From a virus (taxonomy: Duplodnaviria; Caudoviricetes): a DNA stretch of 40,991 bases. Shown here one piece after another: positions 1 to 9,276 of this stretch. The position numbers were made by a program, and so were the translations under genes. Under the pieces are notes generated by a model that saw only the letters and a program-made list of their open reading frames with translations, had not been told where the DNA came from and did no database searches. The stretch is from the IMG/VR virus record IMGVR_UViG_3300017784_005923, positions 1 to 40,991 of that record. One strand, 5' to 3'. Each line of letters begins with the position of its first letter. Within the stretch, counting starts at the first letter, position 1.

Positions 1-1
1 G

Positions 2-1393
2 ATTCCTACAGTCATAAATGTAGGTGCTGGTGATGGAGAACACTTTAAGGTATTCCATAGAAATCATGGAATGCATTCTGCAAGTAATAAAGTACAATTA
101 TTAAGATTACAAAGCGATTCGAATAATACTAAATTGACAGCAGATTATTCAAATACTGCAACATCAAATATTACAATTGAATCTGTTACAATATTTACTA
201 CTTTTGAAAATGTTGGAGTTTCAAATACTAACCCAGGATATGTTGCAATAAATGATGAAATTATATCATACACATCAGTGAGTGGTAATGACTTAACAGG
301 AATTACTAGAGGAATTGATAACACTAGAACAAGAACTCACTTTGTTGGATCTCCAGTTTCTAAGTATGAATTCAATGGAGTATCGCTTAGAAGAATTAAC
401 AAAGTTCATGATTTATCTTCGGCAACTGTGAGTGATCCAAGATCTTTAGATGAGTATTCAGTCAAAGTTGATTTTAGCAATAACGGTGTAGATAGAACAG
501 TTGGAAATTCTGGAGGATTTCAACCATTACTTTTCAATATTAGTAAATTAGGTGGGGGTAATGTTGCAAGGGCAACTCAAAATATTCAATTTGAAGCAAT
601 AACTCCAAATGTTTCTTTTATAACACCAAAACAAACATCATTAACTACAAGAATGAGGACTGTTTCTGGTACAAGTGTAAATGGGAATGAAATATCATTC
701 TTAGATCAAGGATTTGAAAATATTCAATTAGGTAATACGAATTATTTAACTTCCCCAAGAATTATAGCGTCACAAATAAATGAAACTGCAAGATTAACTA
801 ATCTACCGGGAAATAAATCATTTACTATGGAGTTTGTGTTTAATACTAAAAATGCAAAATTATCACCAGCTATAGATTTACAGAGATTAAATATTATAAC
901 AACCACAAATAGAATTGATAAAGTTGTTACTGATTTTCCAACAGATGAAAGAATAAATTCATCTCTTGGTGATCCCCATTCTGCTGTATATGTTTCAAAA
1001 AAAGTTGGATTAGAAACACCATCAACTTCACTTCAAGTAAGGCTTGCTGCTTACAGACATCCTACAAATGAAATAAGAGTGTTATACAAATTATTCAGAA
1101 CTGATCTTCCTGATGCAGATCAACCATATTTACTGTTTCCAGGATTCAGTAATTTAATTAAAAATGGTACTAATAATGAAACTGAATATATTATAGTAGA
1201 TCTTGCTCAAAACAATGGTCTCTCTAACGATAATGTTCCAGCATCTACTTATACTGGAGAATTCTTTGATTACTTATATTCGCAAGAAAATTTACCACAG
1301 TTTAATGGATTTATGATTAAAATAATTATGACTAGTACTAGTCAGGCATATGTTCCAAGAATTAAAGAACTTAGAGCAATTGCATTAGCATAA
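2..1393 (+). CDS. C-terminal part of a large virion structural protein (VrlC/DUF4815-like), 5'-truncated by the window edge
   Basis: Frame is open from position 2 (ATT CCT ACA GTC...) into the 71..1393 ORF. The C-terminus (YVSKKVGLETPSTSLQV...FMIKIIMTS...PRIKELRAIALA) resembles large cyanophage baseplate/virion proteins. It lies upstream of the fibre and neck genes. Confidence 0.7.
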   Translation: MPTVINVGAGDGEHFKVFHRNHGMHSASNKVQLLRLQSDSNNTKLTADYSNTATSNITIESVTIFTTFENVGVSNTNPGYVAINDEIISYTSVSGNDLTGITRGIDNTRTRTHFVGSPVSKYEFNGVSLRRINKVHDLSSATVSDPRSLDEYSVKVDFSNNGVDRTVGNSGGFQPLLFNISKLGGGNVARATQNIQFEAITPNVSFITPKQTSLTTRMRTVSGTSVNGNEISFLDQGFENIQLGNTNYLTSPRIIASQINETARLTNLPGNKSFTMEFVFNTKNAKLSPAIDLQRLNIITTTNRIDKVVTDFPTDERINSSLGDPHSAVYVSKKVGLETPSTSLQVRLAAYRHPTNEIRVLYKLFRTDLPDADQPYLLFPGFSNLIKNGTNNETEYIIVDLAQNNGLSNDNVPASTYTGEFFDYLYSQENLPQFNGFMIKIIMTSTSQAYVPRIKELRAIALA

Positions 1394-1600
1394 ATGAGAG
1401 ATTTAATACCAGTTGAAGGTCACAGTTCACTAGCAAGAGATAATGATTCTAAATCTATTATTAACACTGATAGAAACTTATACAATTCTTACATGAGTCA
1501 AAGAGAAAGAAAATTAAAAGAAATTGAAGAAATTCAAAATCTAAAAAGTGATGTGAGTGATATAAAAAAGATGCTTTCTATAATCATAGAAAAACTATAA
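1394..1600 (+). CDS. Small conserved phage hypothetical protein (coiled-coil C-terminus)
   Basis: 68 aa ORF directly abutting the previous stop. The VEGH..L.RD..S..I.N motif is typical of the gene that follows VrlC-like genes in T4-like phages. Confidence 0.7.
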   Translation: MRDLIPVEGHSSLARDNDSKSIINTDRNLYNSYMSQRERKLKEIEEIQNLKSDVSDIKKMLSIIIEKL

Positions 1601-1603
1601 ATA
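1596..1603 (+). promoter_or_regulatory. T4-type (gp55) late promoter
   Basis: Exact TATAAATA 24 nt upstream of ATG 1628. Confidence 0.7.
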
Positions 1604-1627
1604 TCAATATAGTTCTACCTCTGAATA

Positions 1628-1963
1628 ATGTCGGTAAGAGTTGTTAACATACAGATTCAACAGGGGTCTAATTTTAATGCGAATTACATTTTAGAAGATT
1701 CTATTACGAATTCTATTACCAATTTAACAGGGTATAGTGCTATTGCTAAAATAGCAAAACATCCTGGAAGTTCAATTAAAACAAATTTTACCACAACAAT
1801 AACAACTTCAACTGGTGTTGTCGGAATTGCTTTAACTTCAGGACAAACAACAGCATTGAAACCTGGAAGACATGTATATGATGTATTACTCACAAATTCT
1901 ATTGGAGTAAAAACTAGAGTTATTGAAGGATCAGCAACCGTATCTGCAGGAGTGTGTACATAA
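1628..1963 (+). CDS. Small virion structural protein (Ig-like, baseplate-associated family)
   Basis: 111 aa with the I.QG..F...NLTGY...LT..QT..L..GR.VYDV...TRV.EG pattern common in cyanophage structural regions. Confidence 0.7.
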   Translation: MSVRVVNIQIQQGSNFNANYILEDSITNSITNLTGYSAIAKIAKHPGSSIKTNFTTTITTSTGVVGIALTSGQTTALKPGRHVYDVLLTNSIGVKTRVIEGSATVSAGVCT

Positions 1964-2283
1964 TGTCAAATTCATATAACGTAAGAGTTGGTAATTTAAA
2001 TACAACTAGAGTAAGATTAGGATCTCAAAATGCTATACAGGTTGTAGCAAGTAATTTGTCGGATACAGGGCAAGTTATTGCAGGAATTGTAGTTGATCTT
2101 TCTAATATTCAAGATAATTTTGTTTTGCAGTATAATTCTTCTTCAAATAAAATTATTGCAGTAAATCCAAATCAAATTCTACAAGATGCAGTTCCTGGTG
2201 GAATTCCTAATGATTTCATTAATGTTTTAGATACTGATCTTAATAGAGGACAAAATATAGATTTTGATGGTGGTATTTTTTAA
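1963..2283 (+). CDS. Hypothetical tail/fibre-associated protein
   Basis: ATG at 1963 overlaps the previous TAA (TAATG coupling). It ends in DGGIF, matching the DGGTF end of the next fibre gene. Confidence 0.6.
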   Translation: MSNSYNVRVGNLNTTRVRLGSQNAIQVVASNLSDTGQVIAGIVVDLSNIQDNFVLQYNSSSNKIIAVNPNQILQDAVPGGIPNDFINVLDTDLNRGQNIDFDGGIF

Positions 2284-2327
2284 AATATCTAAATATTAGT
2301 AAGAACTAATTTAATAAAAACAAAAAA

Positions 2328-3917
2328 ATGGCAAACCCATCATTAAGATTTAAAAGAGGTACTCAGTCTGCATTTAATTCAGTTGGATTGCAAACTGGTG
2401 AACCAGCTTTCATTACTGATGATTACAATTTTTATATTGGTTTAGATGGAAATAGTGGAACTAATAAGTATTTTGGTAGTGCTAGATATTGGACTAAAGA
2501 AACTGCTTCAACTGGAAGTGGTGTAAATCTTGTAGAAGGCACTAATAACGGTGCTCATTTTATTACTTTAGCATCACCAGCATCTGTAGGTGCTGCGGTA
2601 ACTTATTATTTTCCAGCATCTAATGGTTCTGCATCCTCTGTTTTAACTAATGATGGAAGTGGAACTTTAAGTTGGTCAAGTGGTTCTTCTAACCCAGTTT
2701 TTACAGGTATTACCACATTTAGTACTACATTACTTGATATCAATAGTGATGTAGATATTTCTGGTATTACTACGGTTTCTAATACTACTGATAATACTTT
2801 AGGTAATGAGAACACTGGATCTGTTCAACTTGATGGTGGTATGGGTATTGCAAAAAACCTTACTGTCAAGCAAAATCTTCATGTTGGTGGTTATGCAGAG
2901 TTTGTAGGAGTTGTAACATTTAAGGGTGGTACAATTAATATTGGTGATGGTGATGGTGATGATATTAATGTTGGTGGTGAGTTTATTTCAGGTCTTGTAC
3001 CAAATACTGATGATTCCCATGATTTAGGTAGTAATGCAAAGAGATGGAGAAATCTGAATGTAGTAAGTGTTGCAACTACAAATATTAATGTTACTGGTTT
3101 CTCCACCTTTACTGGACTTATTGATGCAAACGGTGGTCTTGATGTTACTGGTCATACTGTATTAAATAATACTCTTGTAGTAACTGGTGTCTCCACCTTT
3201 ACTGGTGCAATTGATGCAAATGGTGGTGCTGATATTTCTGGAGGAGAAACAATTCTTTCTTCGGCAACTGTATCTGATTTAACTGCTACTCGAATTGTTC
3301 TTGCAGGAACTTCAGGATCTCTTGTAGATGATTCTAGTTTAACTTTCACTGATGCTGCTGGACTCGTAGTTGCAAATAGTGGTATTAACGTAACTGGTGT
3401 TTCTACTTTTTCTACAGACTTAGTTGTTGGTGGAGATATTAGAGTTAATGGAAATGATATTAAAGACAATGGTGGAACTGCTGCAATTACGTTTGATGGA
3501 TCTGGTAACACTACGATTACTGGTAATTTAAATATTAATGGAACTACAACACAAGTTAATACTACTACATTAACAATTGAAGACAATTTGATTGAACTTG
3601 GTAAAGTTGATGGGAATGCTCCAGCTTCCGATTTGAACAAAGACATCGGTATGCTTTTACATTATTTTGATTCAGCAGCAAGATTGGGTGCTGTTTTTTA
3701 TGACGATTCAGTATCAAGAGTTGTTGTCGCATCAAGAGTTGGAGAATCTTCCGGAGTGTTAACTGTAGATGCAGGATACTATGCTAACTTTGAACTTCAA
3801 GGATTATTTGTTACTGATACGGCTGGATCTGGAGAAGCAGTAATTTCATACGCTACTATTGGTGGAGTAACCGCAAGACATTTGCAAAATATTACCGTTG
3901 ATGGTGGTACATTCTAA
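2328..3917 (+). CDS. Tail fibre-like protein
   Basis: 529 aa, Gly/Thr/Val-rich. N-terminal L.FKRG...L..GEP.F..D...YIG head domain and repeated VTG(F/V)STFTG.IDANGG beta-repeats. Confidence 0.75.
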   Translation: MANPSLRFKRGTQSAFNSVGLQTGEPAFITDDYNFYIGLDGNSGTNKYFGSARYWTKETASTGSGVNLVEGTNNGAHFITLASPASVGAAVTYYFPASNGSASSVLTNDGSGTLSWSSGSSNPVFTGITTFSTTLLDINSDVDISGITTVSNTTDNTLGNENTGSVQLDGGMGIAKNLTVKQNLHVGGYAEFVGVVTFKGGTINIGDGDGDDINVGGEFISGLVPNTDDSHDLGSNAKRWRNLNVVSVATTNINVTGFSTFTGLIDANGGLDVTGHTVLNNTLVVTGVSTFTGAIDANGGADISGGETILSSATVSDLTATRIVLAGTSGSLVDDSSLTFTDAAGLVVANSGINVTGVSTFSTDLVVGGDIRVNGNDIKDNGGTAAITFDGSGNTTITGNLNINGTTTQVNTTTLTIEDNLIELGKVDGNAPASDLNKDIGMLLHYFDSAARLGAVFYDDSVSRVVVASRVGESSGVLTVDAGYYANFELQGLFVTDTAGSGEAVISYATIGGVTARHLQNITVDGGTF

Positions 3918-3925
3918 AAATTAAT

Positions 3926-4114
3926 ATGAATGAATCTGAATTTACAACTTTTATTCAAATATATCAAAAGAGATTGAGTGATAGCATCACTCAATCAATT
4001 GCACTTGAAGCAAAAGTTATAGGACAAAATAAACAAATTTTAGAATTGAATGAACAAATTTCTAAATTAACAAAAACAAATTCTAGAAAAAAAACTGATG
4101 ATGAGTATTCATAA
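3926..4114 (+). CDS. Small coiled-coil hypothetical protein
   Basis: 62 aa ORF filling the gap between the fibre gene and gp13, with a heptad-like pattern. Confidence 0.65.
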   Translation: MNESEFTTFIQIYQKRLSDSITQSIALEAKVIGQNKQILELNEQISKLTKTNSRKKTDDEYS

Positions 4115-4136
4115 ATATAAAAAAAAGTAATGATAT

Positions 4137-4985
4137 ATGGCAAAACCATCTTCTAGACAGGGACTTATTGATTATTGTTTGAGAAGATTGGGAGCACCTG
4201 TCTTAGAAATAAACGTTGATGATGATCAAATTGATGATTTAGTAGATGATGCTCTCCAGTATTTTCAAGAACGTCATTTTGATGGTGTTGAGAAAATGTA
4301 TCTTAAATATCAAATTACTCAACAAGATATAGACAGAGGAAAGGGTAAAAGAGCAGATAATCCAATTGGAATCGTAACTACAACTAGTTCAAGTGTTTCT
4401 ATTCCAGGAATGGGAACAACAACATTTAATTTTTATGAGGATAGTAATTATATTCAAATTCCAGATAGTGTAATTGGTATTGAAGGAATATTTAAAGTTG
4501 ATACTGGTGGTTTATCTGCTGGTATGTTTAATGTAGCATACCAGATTTTTTTAAATGATGTTTATAACTTTACTGCAATTGAACTACTTAATTATACCAT
4601 GGTTAAGAGTTATTTAGAAACCATAAATTTTTTAATTAATACTGATAAAAATATTAGATATACAAAAAGACAAAACAGATTATATATTGATACTAATTGG
4701 GGTGGACTTACTGCAGGATCTTACATTGTTATTGATTGTTATAGAATTTTAGATCCTGATAATTTTACAAAAGTTTATAATGATTCATTTTTAAAAATGT
4801 ATTTAACATCATTAATTAAAAAACAATGGGGTCAAAATTTAATTAAGTTTCAAGGAGTTAAACTTCCTGGTGGAATTGAATTGAATGGAAGACAGATTTA
4901 TGATGATGCTATTAATGAACTTGGAGATATTAAATCGAGAATGAGTTCTGAATATGAATTACCACCTTTGGATATGATCGGTTAA
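4137..4985 (+). CDS. gp13: Neck protein gp13
   Basis: L.DYCLRRLGAPVLEINV and KKQWGQNL.KF.GV.LPGG..LNG motifs, first of the gp13-14-15 block. Confidence 0.95.
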   Translation: MAKPSSRQGLIDYCLRRLGAPVLEINVDDDQIDDLVDDALQYFQERHFDGVEKMYLKYQITQQDIDRGKGKRADNPIGIVTTTSSSVSIPGMGTTTFNFYEDSNYIQIPDSVIGIEGIFKVDTGGLSAGMFNVAYQIFLNDVYNFTAIELLNYTMVKSYLETINFLINTDKNIRYTKRQNRLYIDTNWGGLTAGSYIVIDCYRILDPDNFTKVYNDSFLKMYLTSLIKKQWGQNLIKFQGVKLPGGIELNGRQIYDDAINELGDIKSRMSSEYELPPLDMIG

Positions 4986-4989
4986 TCTT

Positions 4990-6429
4990 ATGGCACTGAA
5001 TCCATTTTTTTTACAGGGAAGTCAATCAGAACAAAATTTAGTTCAACAACTAATAAATGAACAACTTCGTATGTATGGAGTTGAAATAACTTATATTCCA
5101 AGAAGATATTTGAATGAAAAAACTATTATTAAAGAAAATGTATTATCTAGATTTGATGAAAATTATTCAATAGAAGCTTATATAAAAAACTATTCTGGAT
5201 TTGGTGGTGGAGGAGATATTTTAACTAAATTTGGAATTCAATCTAAAGATGAATTAAACCTAATAATATCTAGAGAAAGATTTGAGGATTTCATTGCTCC
5301 ATTTTTACTTGATGGTGATGGAAATCTATTAGAAGACTACAAGATAGCCACAAGACCCGCAGAGGGCGATCTAATATACTTTCCGCTGTCGGATACGTTA
5401 TTCGAAATAAAATTTGTTGAGAACGAAACTGAGTTTTATCAACTTCAAAAATTATATGTTTATGAAATTACATGTGAACCTTTTGAATATGAAGATGAAA
5501 TTATAGATGTTGGTATTGAAGAAATAGACGATAATTTTGCAGAATCTGGATATGGAGTTTCACTTACTTTAGTTGGAATAGGATCCACTGGAACAGCAAT
5601 TACATCTCTCAGAAATAACGTTATTTCAAATATCACATTATTAAACGATGGAAGTGGTTATTCTAGCACTCCATCAGTAGCAATTGGAGTTGCTCCAGCT
5701 GGAGGAATTAATGCAACTGCGGTTGCAATAATGACAGATAGATCCGCAAGTGGGATTATGACATCACTCTCTATAAGAAATATATTACTTATTAATACTG
5801 GTGCCGGATATACATCTGCTCCTCTAGTTAGATTTATCGGAGGGGGTGGGTCTGGTGCAGCAGCAACTGTTGGAATTGCTACTACAGGATCAGTAGGAAT
5901 AGTAACAATTAGTTATGGTGGAGATAAATATGTAGTTACCCCAACCATATCATTCTCCGCTGCTCCTTTTGGAGGTACAACTGCTACTGGAATTGCAGTG
6001 GTAAGTGCCGCAGGTACAATAACTCAAGTTAGAATTACAAATGCTGGACTCGGTTATACTGTTGCTCCTACAATAACAATACAAAGTCCATCAGGAGTTG
6101 GAACCGGAAACTTTGTCCTCAATGAAATTGTAACTGGCACTTCTTCATCTACAACTGCATATGTTAAAAATTGGGATAAAGATACATCAGTTCTTAATGT
6201 TCATAATGCTACAGGAAGATTTATAGTTGGGGAAATTATAGTAGGTTCTGCAACAACAATAAGTCATGTTGGTCTTGGATCAACTGGAATGTATATGATC
6301 AAATCTATTGATAAAATACCAACTACTGATATTGATAATTTTGAAATTTTTGCACAAAATAAAGAACTAGAAACTGCTGCTGACTTAATACTTGATTTTT
6401 CTGAAAAAAATCCATTTGGAGAATTTTAA
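4990..6429 (+). CDS. gp14: Neck protein gp14 with inserted Gly-rich repeats
   Basis: N-terminal NPFF...EQ.L...L..E...YG...Y.PR, RP.EGDLIYFP and C-terminal LDFSE.NPFG. Central G.GY...P.V repeats. Confidence 0.92.
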   Translation: MALNPFFLQGSQSEQNLVQQLINEQLRMYGVEITYIPRRYLNEKTIIKENVLSRFDENYSIEAYIKNYSGFGGGGDILTKFGIQSKDELNLIISRERFEDFIAPFLLDGDGNLLEDYKIATRPAEGDLIYFPLSDTLFEIKFVENETEFYQLQKLYVYEITCEPFEYEDEIIDVGIEEIDDNFAESGYGVSLTLVGIGSTGTAITSLRNNVISNITLLNDGSGYSSTPSVAIGVAPAGGINATAVAIMTDRSASGIMTSLSIRNILLINTGAGYTSAPLVRFIGGGGSGAAATVGIATTGSVGIVTISYGGDKYVVTPTISFSAAPFGGTTATGIAVVSAAGTITQVRITNAGLGYTVAPTITIQSPSGVGTGNFVLNEIVTGTSSSTTAYVKNWDKDTSVLNVHNATGRFIVGEIIVGSATTISHVGLGSTGMYMIKSIDKIPTTDIDNFEIFAQNKELETAADLILDFSEKNPFGEF

Positions 6430-7490
6430 TGTTAGGAAATTATTTTTACCACGAAATTTTAAGAAAAACTGTAATAAGTTTTGGCACACTTTTTAATGAT
6501 ATTTACATTAGGCATAATGATTCTAATGAAAATCAAGCAAGTGAAATACTCGTACCATTGGCGTATGGACCTATTCAAAAATTCCTAGCAAGAATTGAAC
6601 AGCAACCAGATCTATCTAGAAGACAATCATCATCTTTAACATTACCAAGAATGTCTTTTGAAATGAATGGAATTACTTATGATGGATCAAGAAAAGGATC
6701 TCCAATCCAAACATTTAAAGCAATTAATCCTTTGGATAACATGAAAATTAATAAGGTTTTTATGCCAGTTCCATATAATATTTCTTTCAATTTAAATATA
6801 ATTTCAAAATTAAATGATGATGCTTTACAAATTATAGAACAAATTTTACCATTTTTTCAACCAGCATTTAATGTTACAGTTGATTTAGTATCATCGATTG
6901 GAGAAAAAAGAGATATTCCTGTTGTATTAAACACGATAAATTTTACAGATAATTATGAAGGTGATTTTTCAGAAAGAAGATATTTAATATATACTTTAAA
7001 TTTTACTGCAAAAACAAATTTATTTGGACCAATAGTTGATAATACTGATGCTTTAATTAAAAAAGTTAAAACTGATTTTTATAGTGGTACTAATAGACAA
7101 ATTGCAAAAAGAGATGTTCGTTATACAGTTACTCCAAGAGCACTTAAAGATTATAACGATGACAATACTACAACACTAGCAGAAGACATTAATACTAAAG
7201 TGACGGAATTTAATGTGAGTGATGCAACTGCACTTGTTGTAGATACATACATTAGGATTGGTAATGAAAATATGCAAATTAAATCTAAATCTGGTAATAC
7301 AATTACTGTGTTTAGATCCATTGATGACACATCATTAGAAACTCACACTTCGGGAGATTCCATAGATGTAATTAATAATATTGATAGAGATTTAATACAA
7401 CAAGACGATGATTTTGGTTTTACTACCGAAGCATCATTCTTTAATGATGGTGGTAAAACTTATAGTCCATCCACAGGAACTGATTTTTAA
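6429..7490 (+). CDS. gp15: Tail sheath stabiliser/completion protein gp15
   Basis: YFYHEI.RK.V..FGTLFN, VPLAYGP..KFLAR, LPRMSFE and QI.EQILP.FQP motifs. Confidence 0.95.
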   Translation: MLGNYFYHEILRKTVISFGTLFNDIYIRHNDSNENQASEILVPLAYGPIQKFLARIEQQPDLSRRQSSSLTLPRMSFEMNGITYDGSRKGSPIQTFKAINPLDNMKINKVFMPVPYNISFNLNIISKLNDDALQIIEQILPFFQPAFNVTVDLVSSIGEKRDIPVVLNTINFTDNYEGDFSERRYLIYTLNFTAKTNLFGPIVDNTDALIKKVKTDFYSGTNRQIAKRDVRYTVTPRALKDYNDDNTTTLAEDINTKVTEFNVSDATALVVDTYIRIGNENMQIKSKSGNTITVFRSIDDTSLETHTSGDSIDVINNIDRDLIQQDDDFGFTTEASFFNDGGKTYSPSTGTDF

Positions 7491-7495
7491 CTTAT

Positions 7496-7930
7496 ATGGA
7501 AAGTTATAATGGGATTGAAAATGCATTGAATGTAGAAACTGAAATTGTAAAAAAATTTGAAATTTCTACAGTGACTACTGAAGAACTAAATGTAGAAAAA
7601 ATTTTAACATCACAAGATATAGAAAAAGATTATTCTTATAGTAGAAATCAACTTTATTCCTTAATAGAAAAAGGACAAGAGGCAGTTAACGGAATTTTAG
7701 ATGTTGCTGCAAGTTCAGATCATCCAAGAGCTTATGAGGTTGCTGGACAATTAATTAAAAATGTAGCGGATATAACTGATAAATTAGCAGACTTACATAA
7801 AAAAATGAAAGATCTTAATGATGATTATCAAGGACCTAAATCAATTACTAATAATGCATTGTATGTAGGATCCACTGCAGATCTTTTACAATTAATTAAA
7901 CAAGAGAAAAAAATGTCTTCTGCAGAATAA
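7496..7930 (+). CDS. gp16: Terminase small subunit gp16
   Basis: DY.YSR..LY.LIEKGQEA...HPRAYEVAGQLIK...NNAL.VGST..L motifs, directly after gp15. Confidence 0.93.
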   Translation: MESYNGIENALNVETEIVKKFEISTVTTEELNVEKILTSQDIEKDYSYSRNQLYSLIEKGQEAVNGILDVAASSDHPRAYEVAGQLIKNVADITDKLADLHKKMKDLNDDYQGPKSITNNALYVGSTADLLQLIKQEKKMSSAE

Positions 7931-7932
7931 AT

Positions 7933-7940
7933 TATAAATA
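7933..7940 (+). promoter_or_regulatory. T4-type late promoter
   Basis: Exact TATAAATA 22 nt upstream of ATG 7963. Confidence 0.75.
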
Positions 7941-7962
7941 ATTTGTTGGTATTAAACATTTA

Positions 7963-9264
7963 ATGAAAAAAGATTGCGGTTGTGCTCATCAAAAGTGTAA
8001 TAATACTCCAAAAGATAAAATGTGCCCTAAGCATGGTATGAAAGATTGTACACTTAAAGAAGAAGGTCTCCGTAATTGGTTTAAAGGTTCTAGTTCTAAA
8101 GATGGTAAAGGTGGTTGGGTAAACGTTGTGACTGGTGGAACTTGTGCGAGTGATGAACCTGGGGAAGGAGTTCCTAAATGCGTTTCTTCTTCTAAAAGAG
8201 CAAGCATGACAAAAGCAGAAAGACGTTCAGCAGCAGCAAGAAAAAAAAGAAAAGATCGAGGACAACAATCAAAATCAGGTGCTGCAGCACCAACTTATGT
8301 TTCCACCGATTCACCTAAAAAGAAAATGAATGAAGCAATGAATTTAGCGCAACAAGCAGCAATTGCAATTAATATGAAAAAGAAAGGAATTAAACCAAAA
8401 GAAATGAAAGAAGAGTCGGATGCTAAAGGTAAAGGAAGCGGTACAAAAGATGCTTGTTATTATAAAGTAAAATCTAGATATGATGTTTGGCCTAGTGCAT
8501 ACGCTTCTGGAGCACTTGTTAAATGTCGTAAAGCAGGTGCTAAAAATTGGGGAAACAAATCAGAAAGTTTATCTTTAGATGTGACAAGCGAAGCATGTTG
8601 GTCTGGTTATGAAAAGAAAGGTATGAAAACTATGTTTGGAAAAAAATATCCAAACTGTGTAAAGAAAAAAACAACTTCTGAAGCATGTTGGTCAGGATAT
8701 ACTGCTAAAGGATTAAAAAAGAAAGGTGACAAGTTAGTTCCGAATTGTGTAAAAGAAGTATTAGAAAATTTAATAATAACTGAATCACCTAAAGTAATTC
8801 GTAGTGTAGGGCAAACATATTCTATCATTCTAACATATAGAGCAAAAACTTTAAATATTAAATTCTTTTTCCCATCTCAACAAAGACCCACAAAACAAGA
8901 AGTTCAAATAGCAATAGAAAAGATTTACCCTGGGGCAATTCTGCAGTATTATGCACCAACAGTTAATGATCCAACAGGTCCATTTATTGTTGTAGATGAA
9001 GCGGCTGCTTGGCAAAGGAAAGAAGGAAAAAATCCTGAAGGTGGGTTGAATGCAAAAGGAATTGCTTCGTATAGAAAAGAAAATCCAGGATCAAAACTAT
9101 CAATGGCAGTTACTACTTCACCATCAAAACTAAAACCAGGATCAAAAGCAGCAAATCGTAGAAAATCTTTTTGTGCTCGTATGGGAGGAGTAGATGGACC
9201 TATGAAAGATGAGAAAGGTCGTCCAACTAGAAAAGCACTTGCCTTAAAAAAGTGGAATTGTTAA
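7963..9264 (+). CDS. Basic, Cys-rich modular protein between gp16 and gp17 (putative internal head protein)
   Basis: 433 aa, Lys-rich, with its own late promoter. It is a string of short modules separated by x-x-E linkers. Confidence 0.75.
   Translation: MKKDCGCAHQKCNNTPKDKMCPKHGMKDCTLKEEGLRNWFKGSSSKDGKGGWVNVVTGGTCASDEPGEGVPKCVSSSKRASMTKAERRSAAARKKRKDRGQQSKSGAAAPTYVSTDSPKKKMNEAMNLAQQAAIAINMKKKGIKPKEMKEESDAKGKGSGTKDACYYKVKSRYDVWPSAYASGALVKCRKAGAKNWGNKSESLSLDVTSEACWSGYEKKGMKTMFGKKYPNCVKKKTTSEACWSGYTAKGLKKKGDKLVPNCVKEVLENLIITESPKVIRSVGQTYSIILTYRAKTLNIKFFFPSQQRPTKQEVQIAIEKIYPGAILQYYAPTVNDPTGPFIVVDEAAAWQRKEGKNPEGGLNAKGIASYRKENPGSKLSMAVTTSPSKLKPGSKAANRRKSFCARMGGVDGPMKDEKGRPTRKALALKKWNC
8590..8754 (+). 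repeat. Two copies of an EACWSGY..KG.K...K..PNCVK module (90 nt period)
   Basis: gaagcatgttggtc occurs at 8590 and 8680. Confidence 0.85.
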
Positions 9265-9276
9265 TAAACTAATATT

